Origin: Azolla caroliniana
Lineage: Eukaryota; Plantae; Polypodiophyta
Assembly: GCA_043228905.1 (NCBI GenBank)
Contig: JBHGNT010000004.1
Span: forward strand, 14,942,001-15,006,000
Direction of reading: 5' to 3'
Length of the DNA: 64,000 nucleotides
Position 1 is the first letter of the stretch. Each line of letters starts with the position of its first letter. The position numbers and the translations under genes are program-made. Positions 1 to 12,209 of this stretch are shown here, in pieces. A model generated the notes under the pieces. The model saw only the letters and a list, made by a program, of their open reading frames with translations, ran no database searches and was not told the DNA's origin.

Positions 1-1417
1 CATGTCAGCCATGGCGTTATCCTTTCCGAAGATGTGCCTAATCTCCGGGTTTAGGGACTTAATGTACGCTATCCACCGGAGCATTGCTAGGTCCGGCGTC
101 GCGCATCCGGAAACCATGCCGAGTATCGGCAGGCAGTCCGTCTGGATGATCACCTCCGTCCTGATCAGATAGTCCTTGTCAGCCTTGACTGCCGAAACAA
201 TACCCAAAAGCTCGTGCTTAACTTGGGCATATCCTCGTTGCCATTCGCTCAATACCTTTGCCCCGAACCGGATCGGGAATCGTACGCCATCCTTGTCCTC
301 CTGACTGATTACCCACCCGATCCCGGTCGGGCTCGTGTCCACTGTCACGCAGATGGGAACACCCTCGCCGTAAATTGCTTTACGGAGGGGCCGACGCTAC
401 CCTAAGTGCTTCCTTTAGTCTCCGGACCGACTCCGTGTGCTCCGTCCTCCACTTGAACCCACGCCCTTTCTTCAATAGCCCGTAGAGAGGCTACGCAACA
501 TGCGCATAGTGCGGAATCCAGATGTGGTAGAACGCGCATGATCCCAAGAATCTACGGACCTCCCTGACAGACCTGCAATCGTCCCTCATCGCCAAGATGG
601 CCTCCACCTTTGCTGGAGACGGTTTCCTACCGTAGGGCCCGCACAGGTGTCCGACCACCAAGATCTCCAACTGCCCGAACGCCGATTTTTCTCCGGAGAA
701 GGTGAGTCGTGTGTTTTTGAGCTTCTGCAGCACTTTCTCGCAGTCGTTGATGTGGTTCACGACGAACCTCCGGCATCCGTCTGGCCCGACAGTGTCGTTC
801 GTGTCTTCCACTGGACACCCCTTTATCGGGATCTCGTCCAAGAATGGCATGGTGATGTCCGGGATGCAGTCCCTGAGCACCTTGTTCATTGCGTTCACCA
901 TATGCGCCACCGAATTCGTCCCGCCTTGTGGTAAGGTACACATCCGTACTAGGCCGAGAGGGGTTCGCATCGTCGTGATATCCCTGCTCTCGATTGCTAG
1001 CTGGAACTGGTCGTACCCCGAGTATAAGTCACCGACCGAATAGATCGACCTTCCAGCGAAGGCCTCCGCGAACTCGTCTATGGTTGGTCCGATTCCTGCG
1101 TTACGGATGGTCACCTTGTTGACCGGTTGTAGGTCCTGAATGAAGCGCAACATGTCGTTCTTCTTTGGCACCGTAAACCACCGGTTCGAATACGGGGCAC
1201 TCGACGGTTCGAGGATGCCCATCTCCACCTTTTGCTTCAGAAGCTCCATCAACTTCGGGATGTGAGCCCTCGACAGCGGAATCGGTTTGAGATTCCACGA
1301 TACATGCGGTACCGTGAAGATCACCATCGGTTCAACAATCGTCGGGTCCACGCACCCGATATCCTCCGGCGAGAACGCGAAGGCTTTCCCATGCCTTCCG
1401 AGCATTCTCCAAAACCT
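1..1417 (-). pseudogene. Gypsy C reverse transcriptase and RNase H (degenerate)
   Basis: ORF 491-1405 has LRFIQDLQPVN, DLYSGYDQ, LPQGGTNS and FLDEI (catalytic DD changed to DE). Downstream are VTVDTSPTGIGW, ELLGIV, TDCLPI and NAMADM (RNase H), with in-frame stops. Confidence 0.9.
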
Positions 1418-2088
1418 TGTTGGGATTTCGGTCCCTCCGGATGGGATGTCCGGAGATGAATGACGGCAAGCCCGGTTGCGGTTACGGAACCGGAGGATGA
1501 AGAGTACCCGGCATGAAGCCGGATGAAGAGTACCCGGCTACGGATCCGGATGATGAAGACCCCGGCTACGGAGCCGGATGATGAAGACCCCGGCTACGGA
1601 GCCGGATGACGAATGTACCCGGAGAGAGATCCGGATGCGGGGACATATTTGTGAATATGTTTGCCAAGGGCCCTTGAGGCTATATTTGTAAATAGCCCGA
1701 AAGTCATATGTGTATAAATATGACTTAGGGCAAACAGTTTACAGTCTGTTGCTCATTTTTTCTGTTTTCCACTTAGAGGGAGTGAAGTGAGAGCAGCCGA
1801 GAGAGAGTGAGAGAGAGAGAGAGACGAAGAGGTCGTTGCCTCTGTGTATTACCGCCGCCTGTGGCGAGGACAGCGAGCTCAAGGTCGTCGCCTTGCAGCT
1901 CGCCATTGTACATTCCCTACGTATAGTGATAGTTGGAGTTTGAGGACTCCCGTGGTTTTTCCCATTTAGGGTTTTCCACGTAAAACATCCTGTGTACTCT
2001 TCTCTCCATTGTCTTCGTGCATTTTGTATTTCCTGTTTTCTGTGAGTTGATCCTATTCCTCGGTTGTGGCCGAGCACTGTGTTTAACA
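1418..2088 (+). repeat. 5' LTR of A, first copy
   Basis: TG...CA; matches 12210-12907; internal short tandem units; TATAAATA near 1713; (GA)n tract. Confidence 0.95.
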
Positions 2089-2090
2089 AA

Positions 2091-2688
2091 GCAAGCCCGG
2101 TTGCGGTTACGGAACCGGAGGATGAAGAGTACCCGGCTACGGATCCGGATGATGAAGACCCCCGGCTACGGAGCCGGATGATGAAGACCCCGGCTACGGA
2201 GCCGGATGACGAATGTACCCGGAGAGAGATCCGGATGCGGGGACATATCTGTGAATATGTTTGCCAAGGGCCCTTGAGGCTATATTTGTAAATAGCCCGA
2301 AAGTCATATGTGTATAAATATGACTTAGGGCAAACAGTTTACAGTTTGTTGCTCATTTTTTCTGTTTTCCACTTAGAGGGAGTGAAGTGAGAGCAGCCGA
2401 GAGAGAGTGAGAGAGAGAGAGAGACGAAGAGGTCGTTGCCTCTGTGTATTACCGCCGCCTGTGGCGAGGACAGCGAGCTCAAGGTCGTCGCCTTGCAGCT
2501 CGCCATTGTACATTCCCTACGTATAGTGATAGTTGGAGTTTGAGGACTCCCGTGGTTTTTCCCATTTAGGGTTTTCCACGTAAAACATCCTGTGTACTCT
2601 TCTCTCCATTGTCTTCGTGCATTTTGTATTTCCTGTTTTCTGTGAGTTGATCCTATTCCTCGGTTGTGGCCGAGCACTGTGTTTAACA
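2091..2688 (+). repeat. Tandem second copy of the A 5' LTR, lacking the first ~50 bp
   Basis: Exact 600-bp period (line 1561 matches line 2161); ends TTAACA and is followed by the PBS. Confidence 0.9.
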
Positions 2689-2691
2689 AAG

Positions 2692-2703
2692 TGGTATCAG
2701 AGC
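2692..2703 (+). promoter_or_regulatory. Primer-binding site (tRNA-iMet) of A
   Basis: TGGTATCAGAGC, 3 nt after the LTR end. Confidence 0.95.
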
Positions 2704-2719
2704 GACGGTAACACAGAAA

Positions 2720-4697
2720 ATGGAAGGCGGCGGTAGTGGGCCTCCGGGCATGATGGTGTTGAACTCACAGAACTACGCCGACTGGAAGATAAAGATGGAA
2801 GACCTTCTCATCGTCCGAGACCTGTACGAACCGATCGACAATGCTGAGATACCGAAGGGGGTAATAGAGTCGGAGTGGAAGCTCCTGAACCGGAAAGCCG
2901 TAGCGACGATCCGGCAATATGTCGATGTAAGTGTCCTGCAACATGTGGCGAACGATACGAACGCCTATGAGATGTGGCAGAAGCTGTCCAGACTGCATGA
3001 GAGGAAGAATGCTCTGACCCGGACCTCCCTGATGAGGAAGATAGTGAATCTTAAGTACCGGGACGGCGAGAGCATGGTCGAACACGTCAGCACGTTCATG
3101 GCATTCGTGAACCAGCTTGCGGCGATCAAGTTCCCGTTGGATGACGCAATGCAAGCCATCATGCTGATGTGTACCCTTCCGGAGAGCTGGGAGAACTTGG
3201 TAGTTACTCTCAGCACCTCCTGTAAGGAAGAGAACTTGTCTTTACTAACGGTAAAGACAAGTATTCTAAATGAAGAAGCGCGTCGGAGAGATAAAGAACC
3301 GGCCTCCGACTCGAAGGCGCTGCTTACCGAATCGGAACGGGGAAGACAACGGAACCGGAGTCCGCAAAGACGGGAGAAGTCGGGGACACGGTCGCAGTCG
3401 AGGGGAAGACCTACATGCTTCTACTGTGGGAAGCCGGGGCACTTCCAGAAGAACTGTCGGCATTTCCGGAAAGACAACGGAACCGACGGTACCGATTCGA
3501 AGAAGTCACCGGAGCGAAACGGTGCATACCGGGGAGCCACGGACCGGAGAGGTCCGGATCAGCGAGGGCAGGACCGGAAAGGAACGACGGCACTCGCGGC
3601 AAGTGAAGAAGAGATAATGCTCATTACCGAAGAGACGGAGCTGAACCTTGCCGGTGAAGAGATGACCTGGGTGGTCGATTCCGGAGCGTCGTTCCACCTG
3701 ACCCCGAAGAAGAAATACTTCTCATCCTACACAGCCGGTGAGCACGGCTGTGTCCGGATGGGAAATGAAGGTACATGCCGGATTGTCGGCATAGGAGACG
3801 TGTGGCTGATGACATCAACCGGATGCAAGATGCTGCTGAAGGATGTTCGACACGTTCCGGAGGTTCGATTGAGCCTGATTTCGGCCGGGAGGCTAGACGA
3901 TGAAGGCTACACGGGTAGCATCCGGAACGGTGTCATGAAGTTCAGCAAAGGGAGCCTGATAGTGGCTCGGGCCCGGAAGGTCAACACACTGTACCTGATG
4001 AATTCCCGGCTATGTCCGGAGGAGCTGAACGTGGCAGCTGACACTACCGGTGAGCTGTGGCACAAGAGACTGTGCCACATGAGCGAGAAGGGGATGAAGA
4101 GGCTTGCCGAAGACAACCTGATACCGGTAAAGCACGTACAACTGGGGAAGTGTACCGACTGTCTGGCCGGTAAGCAAAACCGGACCTCCTTCCGCTCAAG
4201 ACCACCGATGAGACGTAGTGTACCATTGGAGTTGGTACACACTGATGTGTGTCAGGTAGAAACGAAGTCACATGGCGGAGCCCAGTACTTCGTAACATTC
4301 ATAGATGACCATAGCCGGAAGCTGTGGACGGCACCGTTGAAGACAAAGGACCAAGTATTGTCCGTCTTCAAAGAACTCCACGCGAGAGTGGAAAGAGAAT
4401 CCGGCAAGAAGCTGAAAGCACTACGAGCGGATAACGGAGGAGAATACCGAGGGCAATTCGAGGAGTATTGCCGTTCGATGGGAATCCGGCTCGAGTTTAC
4501 TGTGCCGAAGACGCCGGAACTGAACGGGCTGGCCGAGAGGATGAACCGGACCATAATGGAGAGGGTCCGGAGTATGCTGGCGCATGTGAAATTACCCAAG
4601 GGTTTTGGGCTGAGGCAATGTCGACGGCGACATACGTGATAAACAGATCACCCTCAGTACCTTTGGACGGAGACACGCCGCAGAGAGTGTGGACCGG
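2720..4697 (+). pseudogene. Copia A gag-protease-integrase
   Basis: CFYCGKPGHFQKNC zinc knuckle, WVVDSGASFH protease, LWHKRLCHMS, HTDVC/DNGGEY/NGLAER integrase core. 1-nt frameshift near 4603 relative to B. Confidence 0.92.
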
Positions 4698-5258
4698 TAG
4701 GACACTTCCTTACCGGTCCACACTTTCTGCAGCGTGTCTCCGTCCAAAGGTACTGAGGGTGATCTATTTATCACATACGTCGCCGTCGACATTGCCTCAG
4801 CCCAAAATCCCTTGGGTAATTTCGCATGTGCTAGCATACTCCGGACCCTCTCCATTATGGTCCGGTTCATCCTCTTGGCCAGCCCGTTCAGTTCCGGCGT
4901 CTTCGGCACAGTAAACTCGAGCCGGATTCCCTTCGAGCGACAGTACTCTGCGAACTGCCCCCGGTATTCCCCTCCGTTATCCGCTCGTATCGCTTTCAGC
5001 TTCTTGCCGGATTCTCTTTCCACTCTCGCGTGGAGTTCTTTGAAGACGGACAATACTTGGTCCTTTGTCTTCAATGGTGCCGTCCACAGCTTCCGGCTAT
5101 GGTCATCTATGAATGTTACGAAGTACTGGGCTCCGCCATGTGACTTCGTTTCTACCTGACACACATCAGTGTGTACCAACTCCAATGGTACACTACGTCT
5201 CGTCGGTGGCCTTGAGTGGAAGGAGGTTCGGTTCTGTTTACCGGCCAGGCAATCGGTA
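4693..5258 (-). other. Inverted segment matching element B integrase (8561-9126); probable mis-assembly
   Basis: Appears identical to 8561-9126, joins A at a shared CCGGTA, and abuts the N gap. Confidence 0.75.
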
Positions 5259-5358
5259 NNNNNNNNNNNNNNNNNNNNNNNNNNNNNNNNNNNNNNNNNN
5301 NNNNNNNNNNNNNNNNNNNNNNNNNNNNNNNNNNNNNNNNNNNNNNNNNNNNNNNNNN
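5259..5358. other. Scaffold gap (100 N)
   Basis: Run of exactly 100 N. Confidence 1.
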
Positions 5359-5768
5359 GCAGGATCGTGGTGAAGGGGTTCCAGCAGAATAAGGGCGTCG
5401 ACTTCGACGAGATATTTGCCCCGGTAGTGAAGATGACCTCCATCCGGACGGTGCTGAGCATAGCGGCAAGCATGGACCTCGAGGTAGAACAGATGGACGT
5501 GAAGACGGCATTCCTTCACGGTGACCTCGAAGAAGAGATCTACATGCAGCAACCAGAAGGATTCGAGAAGAAAGGGAAGGAGCACCTGGTATGCCGGTTG
5601 AAGAAGAGCCTTTACGGACTGAAGCAGGCTCCCCGGCAATGGTACCGGAAGTTCGACACTTTCATGACCGACGAAGGGTACCACAAAACGCAGTCCGATC
5701 ACTGCGTGTTTGTGAAGAAGTTCGAAGGAGGAGACTTTCTAATACTCCTCCTGTACGTGGACGACATG
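5359..5768 (+). pseudogene. Copia A reverse transcriptase, N-terminal part up to YVDDM
   Basis: [40 protein letters not shown]. Confidence 0.92.
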
Positions 5769-6033
5769 TGTTGAAAAAACAGTGCTCGGCCACAACCGAG
5801 GAATAGGATCAACTCTCAGAAAACGGGAAATACAAAATGCACAAAGGTAATAGAGAGAAGAGTACACAGGATGTTTTACGTGGAAAACCCTAAATGGGAA
5901 AAACCACGGGAGTCCTCAAACTCCAACTATCACTATAAACAGAGGTGTACAATGGTGAAGCTACAAGGCAACAACCTTGAGCTCACTGTCTTCGCCACAG
6001 GCGGCGGTAATACACAGAGGCAACGACCTCTTC

Positions 6034-6078
<45 letters not shown>

Positions 6079-6473
6079 CTGCTCACTTAGCTCCCTCTAG
6101 GTGGAAAAACAGAAAAATGAGCAACAACATAAAACTGTTTGCCCTAAGTCATATTTATACACATATGACTTTCGGGTTATTTACAAATATAGCCTCAAGG
6201 GCCCTTGGCAAACATATTCACAAATATGTCCCCGCATCCGGATCTCTCTCCGGGTACATTCGTCATCCGGCTCCGTAGCCGGGGTCTTCATCATCCGGCT
6301 CCGTAGCCGGGGTCTTCGTCATCGTCATCCGGCTCCGTAGCCGGGGTCTTCGTCATCCGGCTCCGTAGCCGGGTTCTTCATCATCCGGCTCCGTAGCCGG
6401 GACCGTCACTGTAACCGGGATTGCCGTCATTCATCTCCGGACATCCCATCCGGAGGGACCGAAAATCCCAACA
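5769..6473 (-). repeat. 3' LTR of B
   Basis: TG...CA, followed on the + strand by AAACTCCCCCTTCAC (reverse PPT). Confidence 0.93.
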
Positions 6474-6484
6474 AAACTCCCCCT

Positions 6485-9400
6485 TCACTTCGGCATGGGA
6501 TGTCTCTCCAATCCGATCCTCTTCCGGCATGCTTCCAACTTGTCGGGTGTAAGTACCTTGGTCAGCATATCCGACCCGTTCTCGTCAGTGTGGATCTTCG
6601 TCAACACGAACTCCTTGTCTTCTATCCTTTCCCGGATCCAGTGGTATCTACGCTGGATGTGCTTCGTCCGGGAGTGATAGGCCGCATTCTTCGCAAGGTG
6701 GATGGCACTCTGACTGTCGCAGTAGAGTCGGTACTCCTCCTGCCGGATACCGAGCTCTCTAATGAAGTCCTTCATCCATATCATTTCCTTGCCGGCTTCA
6801 ATAGCCGCCATGTACTCCGCCTCCGTGGTTGACAATGCAACCGTCTTCTGCATCCTCGATTGCCACGAAACAGCTCCCCCTGCATACGTCATCACATACC
6901 CTGATGTGGACCGGCTGGTATCTGCATCAGCCGACATATCCGAATCGGTAAAGCCGTCGAGTTCGGGCTTACCGGAGCCGAATCGGAGGCACACGTTTGC
7001 CGTGCCCTTCAGGTATCGGAGTATCCACTTGACCGCGTTCCAGTGCTCTTTGCCGGGATTGCTCATGTACCGGCTCACTACTCCAACTGCATATCCTATG
7101 TTCGGTCTTGTACACACCATTGCGTACATCAAGCTTCCGACGGCAGAGGCATATGGTACTTTCATCATGTCCTCCTTCTCAGCCTTTGTCTTGGGGCTTT
7201 GCTTGCTGGACAACTTGCAGTTTGCTGGGAGGGTTGACCCGACCGGTCTTGCTTCCGACATGTTGAACCGGTGAAGCACCTTTGTCACGTACTTCTCCTG
7301 TGACAGCCACAACTGCTTCTTCTTCCGGTCCCGGATGATATGCATCCCTAGTATTTGCCTCGCCAGACCCAGGTCCTTCATTGAGAAGGTTCGGTGAAGC
7401 GCTTTCTTCAGCATCCGTATCTTGACCTGGTCCCGTCCGACGATCAACATGTCGTCCACGTACAGGAGGAGTATTAGAAAGTCTCCCCCTTCGAACTTCT
7501 TCACAAACACGCAGTGATCGGACTGCGTTTTGTGGTACCCTTCGTCGGTCATGAAGGAGTCGAACTTCCGGTACCACTGCCAGGGAGCCTGCTTCAGTCC
7601 GTAAAGGCTCTTCTTCAACCGGCATACCAGGTGCTCCTTCCCTTTCTTCTCGAATCCTTCCGGTTGCTGCATGTAGATCTCTTCTTCGAGGTCACCGTGA
7701 AGGAATGCCATCTTCACGTCCATCTGTTCTACCTCGAGGTCCACGCTTGCCGCTATGCTCAGCACCGTCCGGATGGAGGTCATCTTCACTACTGGGGCAA
7801 ATATCTCGTCGAAGTCGACGCCCTTCTTCTACTGGAACCCCTTCACTACGATCCTGGCTTTGTATCTCGGGGGGTTTCCGACATCTCCCGGTTTCAGCTT
7901 GAACACCCACTTGTTTCGAAGTGCCCGTTTTCCTTTCGGCAACTCCACAAGTTCATATGTGTGGTTCTCATGCAGGGAATCCATCTCCTCCTGCATGGCA
8001 CTTAACCACCTGCGGCTATGGGTGTCAAGCTTTGCTTCTTCAAAACTCTCCGGCTCCCCCTCGTCGGTTAGCAGCACATGCTCTGGTTCCGGAAATCTCC
8101 GGGGGGCCCTTCTCTCTCTTAGAGGATATCTCCGTTCCGGAGCTTCGGTAACCGGCTCCTCCGTTTCCTCTTCATCCGAATCCATTTTGGGATCGGGGCC
8201 GGTTCCGGTATCAGTTTCATCTTCCTCGGCCGGTTCTGTTTCTTCACCGTCTTCGGCCGGATCCTCGAGTGCTAACCGGTCCCTTGCCGGTCGGGACTGC
8301 TCTTCGTAGAGTTGATCCTCACCGGTCGACTTGGAGCTCTTCATCTTCTTCTCCGACTCCCAGTCGGTGAGTGTCTTGTCCTCCATGAAGATGATATCTC
8401 GACTCCTGAATATCTTCTTGTCGACCGGGTCCCATACTCGGTAGCCGAACTCGTCGTCGCCGTAACCGAGGAATATGCATGGCCGGGTCTTTGGATCTAA
8501 CTTTCCTCTCCGGTCCTTTGCCACATGCACGTATGCGAGACACCCGAACACCTTCAGATGCCGGTAGGACACTTCCTTACCGGTCCACACTTTCTGCAGC
8601 GTGTCTCCGTCCAAAGGTACTGAGGGTGATCTATTTATCACATACGTCGCCGTCGACATTGCCTCAGCCCAAAATCCCTTGGGTAATTTCGCATGTGCTA
8701 GCATACTCCGGACCCTCTCCATTATGGTCCGGTTCATCCTCTTGGCCAGCCCGTTCAGTTCCGGCGTCTTCGGCACAGTAAACTCGAGCCGGATTCCCTT
8801 CGAGCGACAGTACTCTGCGAACTGCCCCCGGTATTCCCCTCCGTTATCCGCTCGTATCGCTTTCAGCTTCTTGCCGGATTCTCTTTCCACTCTCGCGTGG
8901 AGTTCTTTGAAGACGGACAATACTTGGTCCTTTGTCTTCAATGGTGCCGTCCACAGCTTCCGGCTATGGTCATCTATGAATGTTACGAAGTACTGGGCTC
9001 CGCCATGTGACTTCGTTTCTACCTGACACACATCAGTGTGTACCAACTCCAATGGTACACTACGTCTCGTCGGTGGCCTTGAGTGGAAGGAGGTTCGGTT
9101 CTGTTTACCGGCCAGGCAATCGGTGCACTTCTCCAGGTGCACATGCTTCACTGGAATAAGGTTGTCTTCTGCAAGCCTCTTCATCCCCTTCTCACTCATG
9201 TGACACAGTCTCTTGTGCCACAGCTCACCGGCAGTATCGGCTGCCACGTTCAGCTCCTCCGGACATAGCCGGGAATTCATCAAGTACAGTGTGTTGACCT
9301 TCCGGGCCCGAGCCACTATCAGGCTCCCTTTGCTGAACTTCATGACACCGTTCCGGATGCTACCCGTGTAGCCTTCATCATCTAGCCTCCCGGCCGAGAT

Positions 9401-10558
9401 CAGGTTCAATCGGACCTCCGGAACGTGTCGAACATCCTTCAACAGCATCTTGCATCCGGTTGATGTCATCAGCCACACGTCTCCTATGCCGGCAATCCGG
9501 CATGTGCCTTCATTTCCCATCCGGACACAGCCGTGCTCACCGGCTGTGTAGGATGAGAAGTATTTCTTCTCCGGGGTCAGGTGGAACGACGCTCCGGAAT
9601 CGACCACCCAGGTCATCTCTACACCGGCAAGGTTCAGCTCCCTCTCTTCGGTAATGAGCATTATCTCTTCTTCACTTGCCGCGAGTGCCGTCGTTCCTTT
9701 CCGGTCCTGCCCTCGCCGATCCGGACCTCTCCGGTCCGTGGCTCCCCGGTATGCACCGTTTCTCTCCGGTGACTTCTTCGAATCGGTGTCGTCGGCTCCG
9801 TTGTCCTTTCGGTAATGCCGACAATTCTTCCAGAAGTGCCCCGGCTTCCCACAGTGGAAGCATGTGGGCCTTCCTCTTGACTGCGACCGGGTCCCCGACT
9901 TCTCCCGTCTTTGCGGACTCCGGTTCCATTGTCTTCCCCGATCCGATTCGGTAAGCAGCATCTTCGGATCGGAAACCGGTTCTTTATCTCTCCGACGCGC
10001 TTCTTCGTTCAAAATGCTTGTCTTTACCGTTTGTAGAGACAAGTTATCTTCGGTGCAGGAGGTGCTGAGAGTCACCACCAAGTTCTCCCAGCTTTCCGGC
10101 AATGTACACATCAGAATGATGGCTTGCATTGCATCCTCCAACGGGAACTTGATCGCCGCAAGCTGGTTCACGAATCCCATGAACGTGCTCACGTGTTCCA
10201 CCATATTCTCGCCGTCCCGGTACTTGAGGTTCACTATCTTCCTGATCAGGGAGGTCCGGTTCAACGCATTCTTCCTCTCGTAGAGGCCCGACAGCTTCTT
10301 CCACATCTCATATGCGTTGGTGTCGTTCGCCACATGTTGTAGAACGCTTACATCGACATATTGCCTGATCGTCGCTACGGCTTTCCGGTTCAGGAGCTTC
10401 CACTCCGACTCTATTACCCCCTTGGGTATCTCGGCATTGTCGATCGGTTCATACAGGTCTCGGACGATGAGAAGGTCTTCCATCTTTATCTTCCAGTCGG
10501 CGTAGTTCTGTGAGTTCAACACCATCATGCCCGGAGGCCCACTACCGCCGCCTTCCAT
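6485..10558 (-). pseudogene. Copia B gag-pol polyprotein; intact except one nonsense codon
   Basis: ORFs 7829-10615 and 6485-7789 are in the same frame. TAG at 7829-7831 replaces CAG (GFQ*KKG versus GFQQNKG in A). Gag, PR, IN, RT (YVDD) and RNase H motifs are all present. Confidence 0.93.
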
Positions 10559-10590
10559 TTTCTGTGTTACCGTCGCTCTGATACCACATG

Positions 10591-10855
10591 TGTTGAAAAA
10601 ACAGTGCTCGGCCACAACCGAGGAATAGGATCAACTCTCAGAAAACGGGAAATACAAAATGCACAAAGGTAATAGAGAGAAGAGTACACAGGATGTTTTA
10701 CGTGGAAAACCCTAAATGGGAAAAACCACGGGAGTCCTCAAACTCCAACTATCACTATAAACAGAGGTGTACAATGGTGAAGCTACAAGGCAACAACCTT
10801 GAGCTCACTGTCTTCGCCACAGGCGGCGGTAATACACAGAGGCAACGACCTCTTC

Positions 10856-10898
<43 letters not shown>

Positions 10899-11231
10899 CT
10901 GCTCACTTAGCTCCCTCTAGGTGGAAAAACAGAAAAATGAGCAACAACATAAAACTGTTTGCCCTAAGTCATATTTATACACATATGACTTTCGGGTTAT
11001 TTACAAATATAGCCTCAAGGGCCCTTGGCAAACATATTCACAAATATGTCCCCGCATCCAGATCTCTCTCCGGGTACATTCGTCATCCGGCTCCGTAGCC
11101 GGGGTCTTCATCATCCGGCTCCGTAGCCGGGGTCTTCGTCATCCGGCTCCGTAGCCGGGACCGTCACTGTAACCGGGATTGCCGTCATTCATCTCCGGAC
11201 ATCCCATCCGGAGGGACCGAAAATCCCAACA
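10591..11231 (-). repeat. 5' LTR of B
   Basis: Near-identical to 5769-6473 apart from repeat-unit number; adjacent PBS. Confidence 0.93.
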
Positions 11232-11236
11232 ACATG

Positions 11237-12199
11237 TTGATCGTCGGACGGGACCAGGCCAAGATACGGATGCTGAAGAAAGCGCTTCACCGAACCTTCT
11301 CAATGAAGGACCTGGGTCCGGCGAGGCAAATACTAGGGATGCACATCATCCGGGACCGGAGGAAGAAGCAGTTGTGGCTGTCACAGGAGAAGTACGTGAC
11401 AAAGGTGCTTCACCGGTTCAACATGTCGGAAGCAAGACCGGTCGGGTCAACCCTCCCGGCAAATTGCAAGTTGTCTAGCAAGCAAAGTCCCAAGACAAAA
11501 GTTGAAAAGGAGGATATGATGAAGATACCATATGCCTTTGCCGTCGGGAGCTTGATGTACGCAATGGTGTGTACCCGACCGGACATTGGATACGCAGTCG
11601 GAGTGGTGAGCCGGTATATGAGTAATCCCGGCAAGGAGCACTGGAACGCGGTCAAATGGATACTCCGATACTTAAAGGGCACTTCGAACATGTGCCTCCG
11701 ATTCGGCTCCGGTAAGCCTGAACTCGATGGATTTACCGATTCGGACATGTCGGCTGATGCGGATACTAGCCGGTCTACATCTGGGTATGTAATGACATAT
11801 GCAGGGGGAGCCGTTTCGTGGCAGTCGAGGTTGCAGAAGACGGTTGCGTTGTCAACCACGGAGGCGGAGTACATGGCGGCTGTTGAAGCCGGCAAGGAAA
11901 TAATATGGATGAAGGACTTCATTAGAGAGCTCGGTATCCGGCAGGAGGAGTACCGGCTCTACTGCGATAGTCAGAGTGCCATCCACCTTGCGAAGAACGC
12001 GGCCTACCATTCCCGGACGAAACACATCCAGCGTAGATACCACTGGATCCAGGAAAGGATAGAAGACAAGGAGTTCGTGCTGACGAAGATCCACACGGAC
12101 GAGAACGGGTCGGATATGCTGACCAAGGTGCTCACACCCGACAAGCTGGAAGCATGCCGGAAGAGGATCGGATTGGAGAGACATCCCATGCCGAAGTGA
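11237..12199 (+). pseudogene. Copia A RT C-terminal part and RNase H
   Basis: Continues YVDDM/LIVG across B; TRPDI, FTDSD, STTEAEY, CDSQSAI, RTKHI, DMLTK; stop next to the PPT. Confidence 0.93.
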
Positions 12200-12209
12200 A
12201 GGGGGAGTT

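Larger units (their letters stand above)
5769..11231 (-). mobile_element. Ty1/copia element B (same family as A), full length, TSD ACATG
   Basis: LTRs 5769-6473 and 10591-11231. ACATG at 5764-5768 and 11232-11236. PBS 10575-10586; PPT next to 6474. Confidence 0.95.

Noticed and set aside
1460-1620. CRISPR-like short repeats in the LTRs
   Set aside because: Head-to-tail units without unique spacers, inside eukaryotic LTRs; no cas genes.
6762-7274. Recurrent 170-aa antisense ORFs (also 11410-11922 and 22544-23056)
   Set aside because: Shadow frames of GC-rich RT/RNase H coding sequence; no independent motifs.
7829-7831. Possible programmed stop read-through in B pol
   Set aside because: A, E and K have Gln here; a single CAG-to-TAG change is the common methyl-C mutation.
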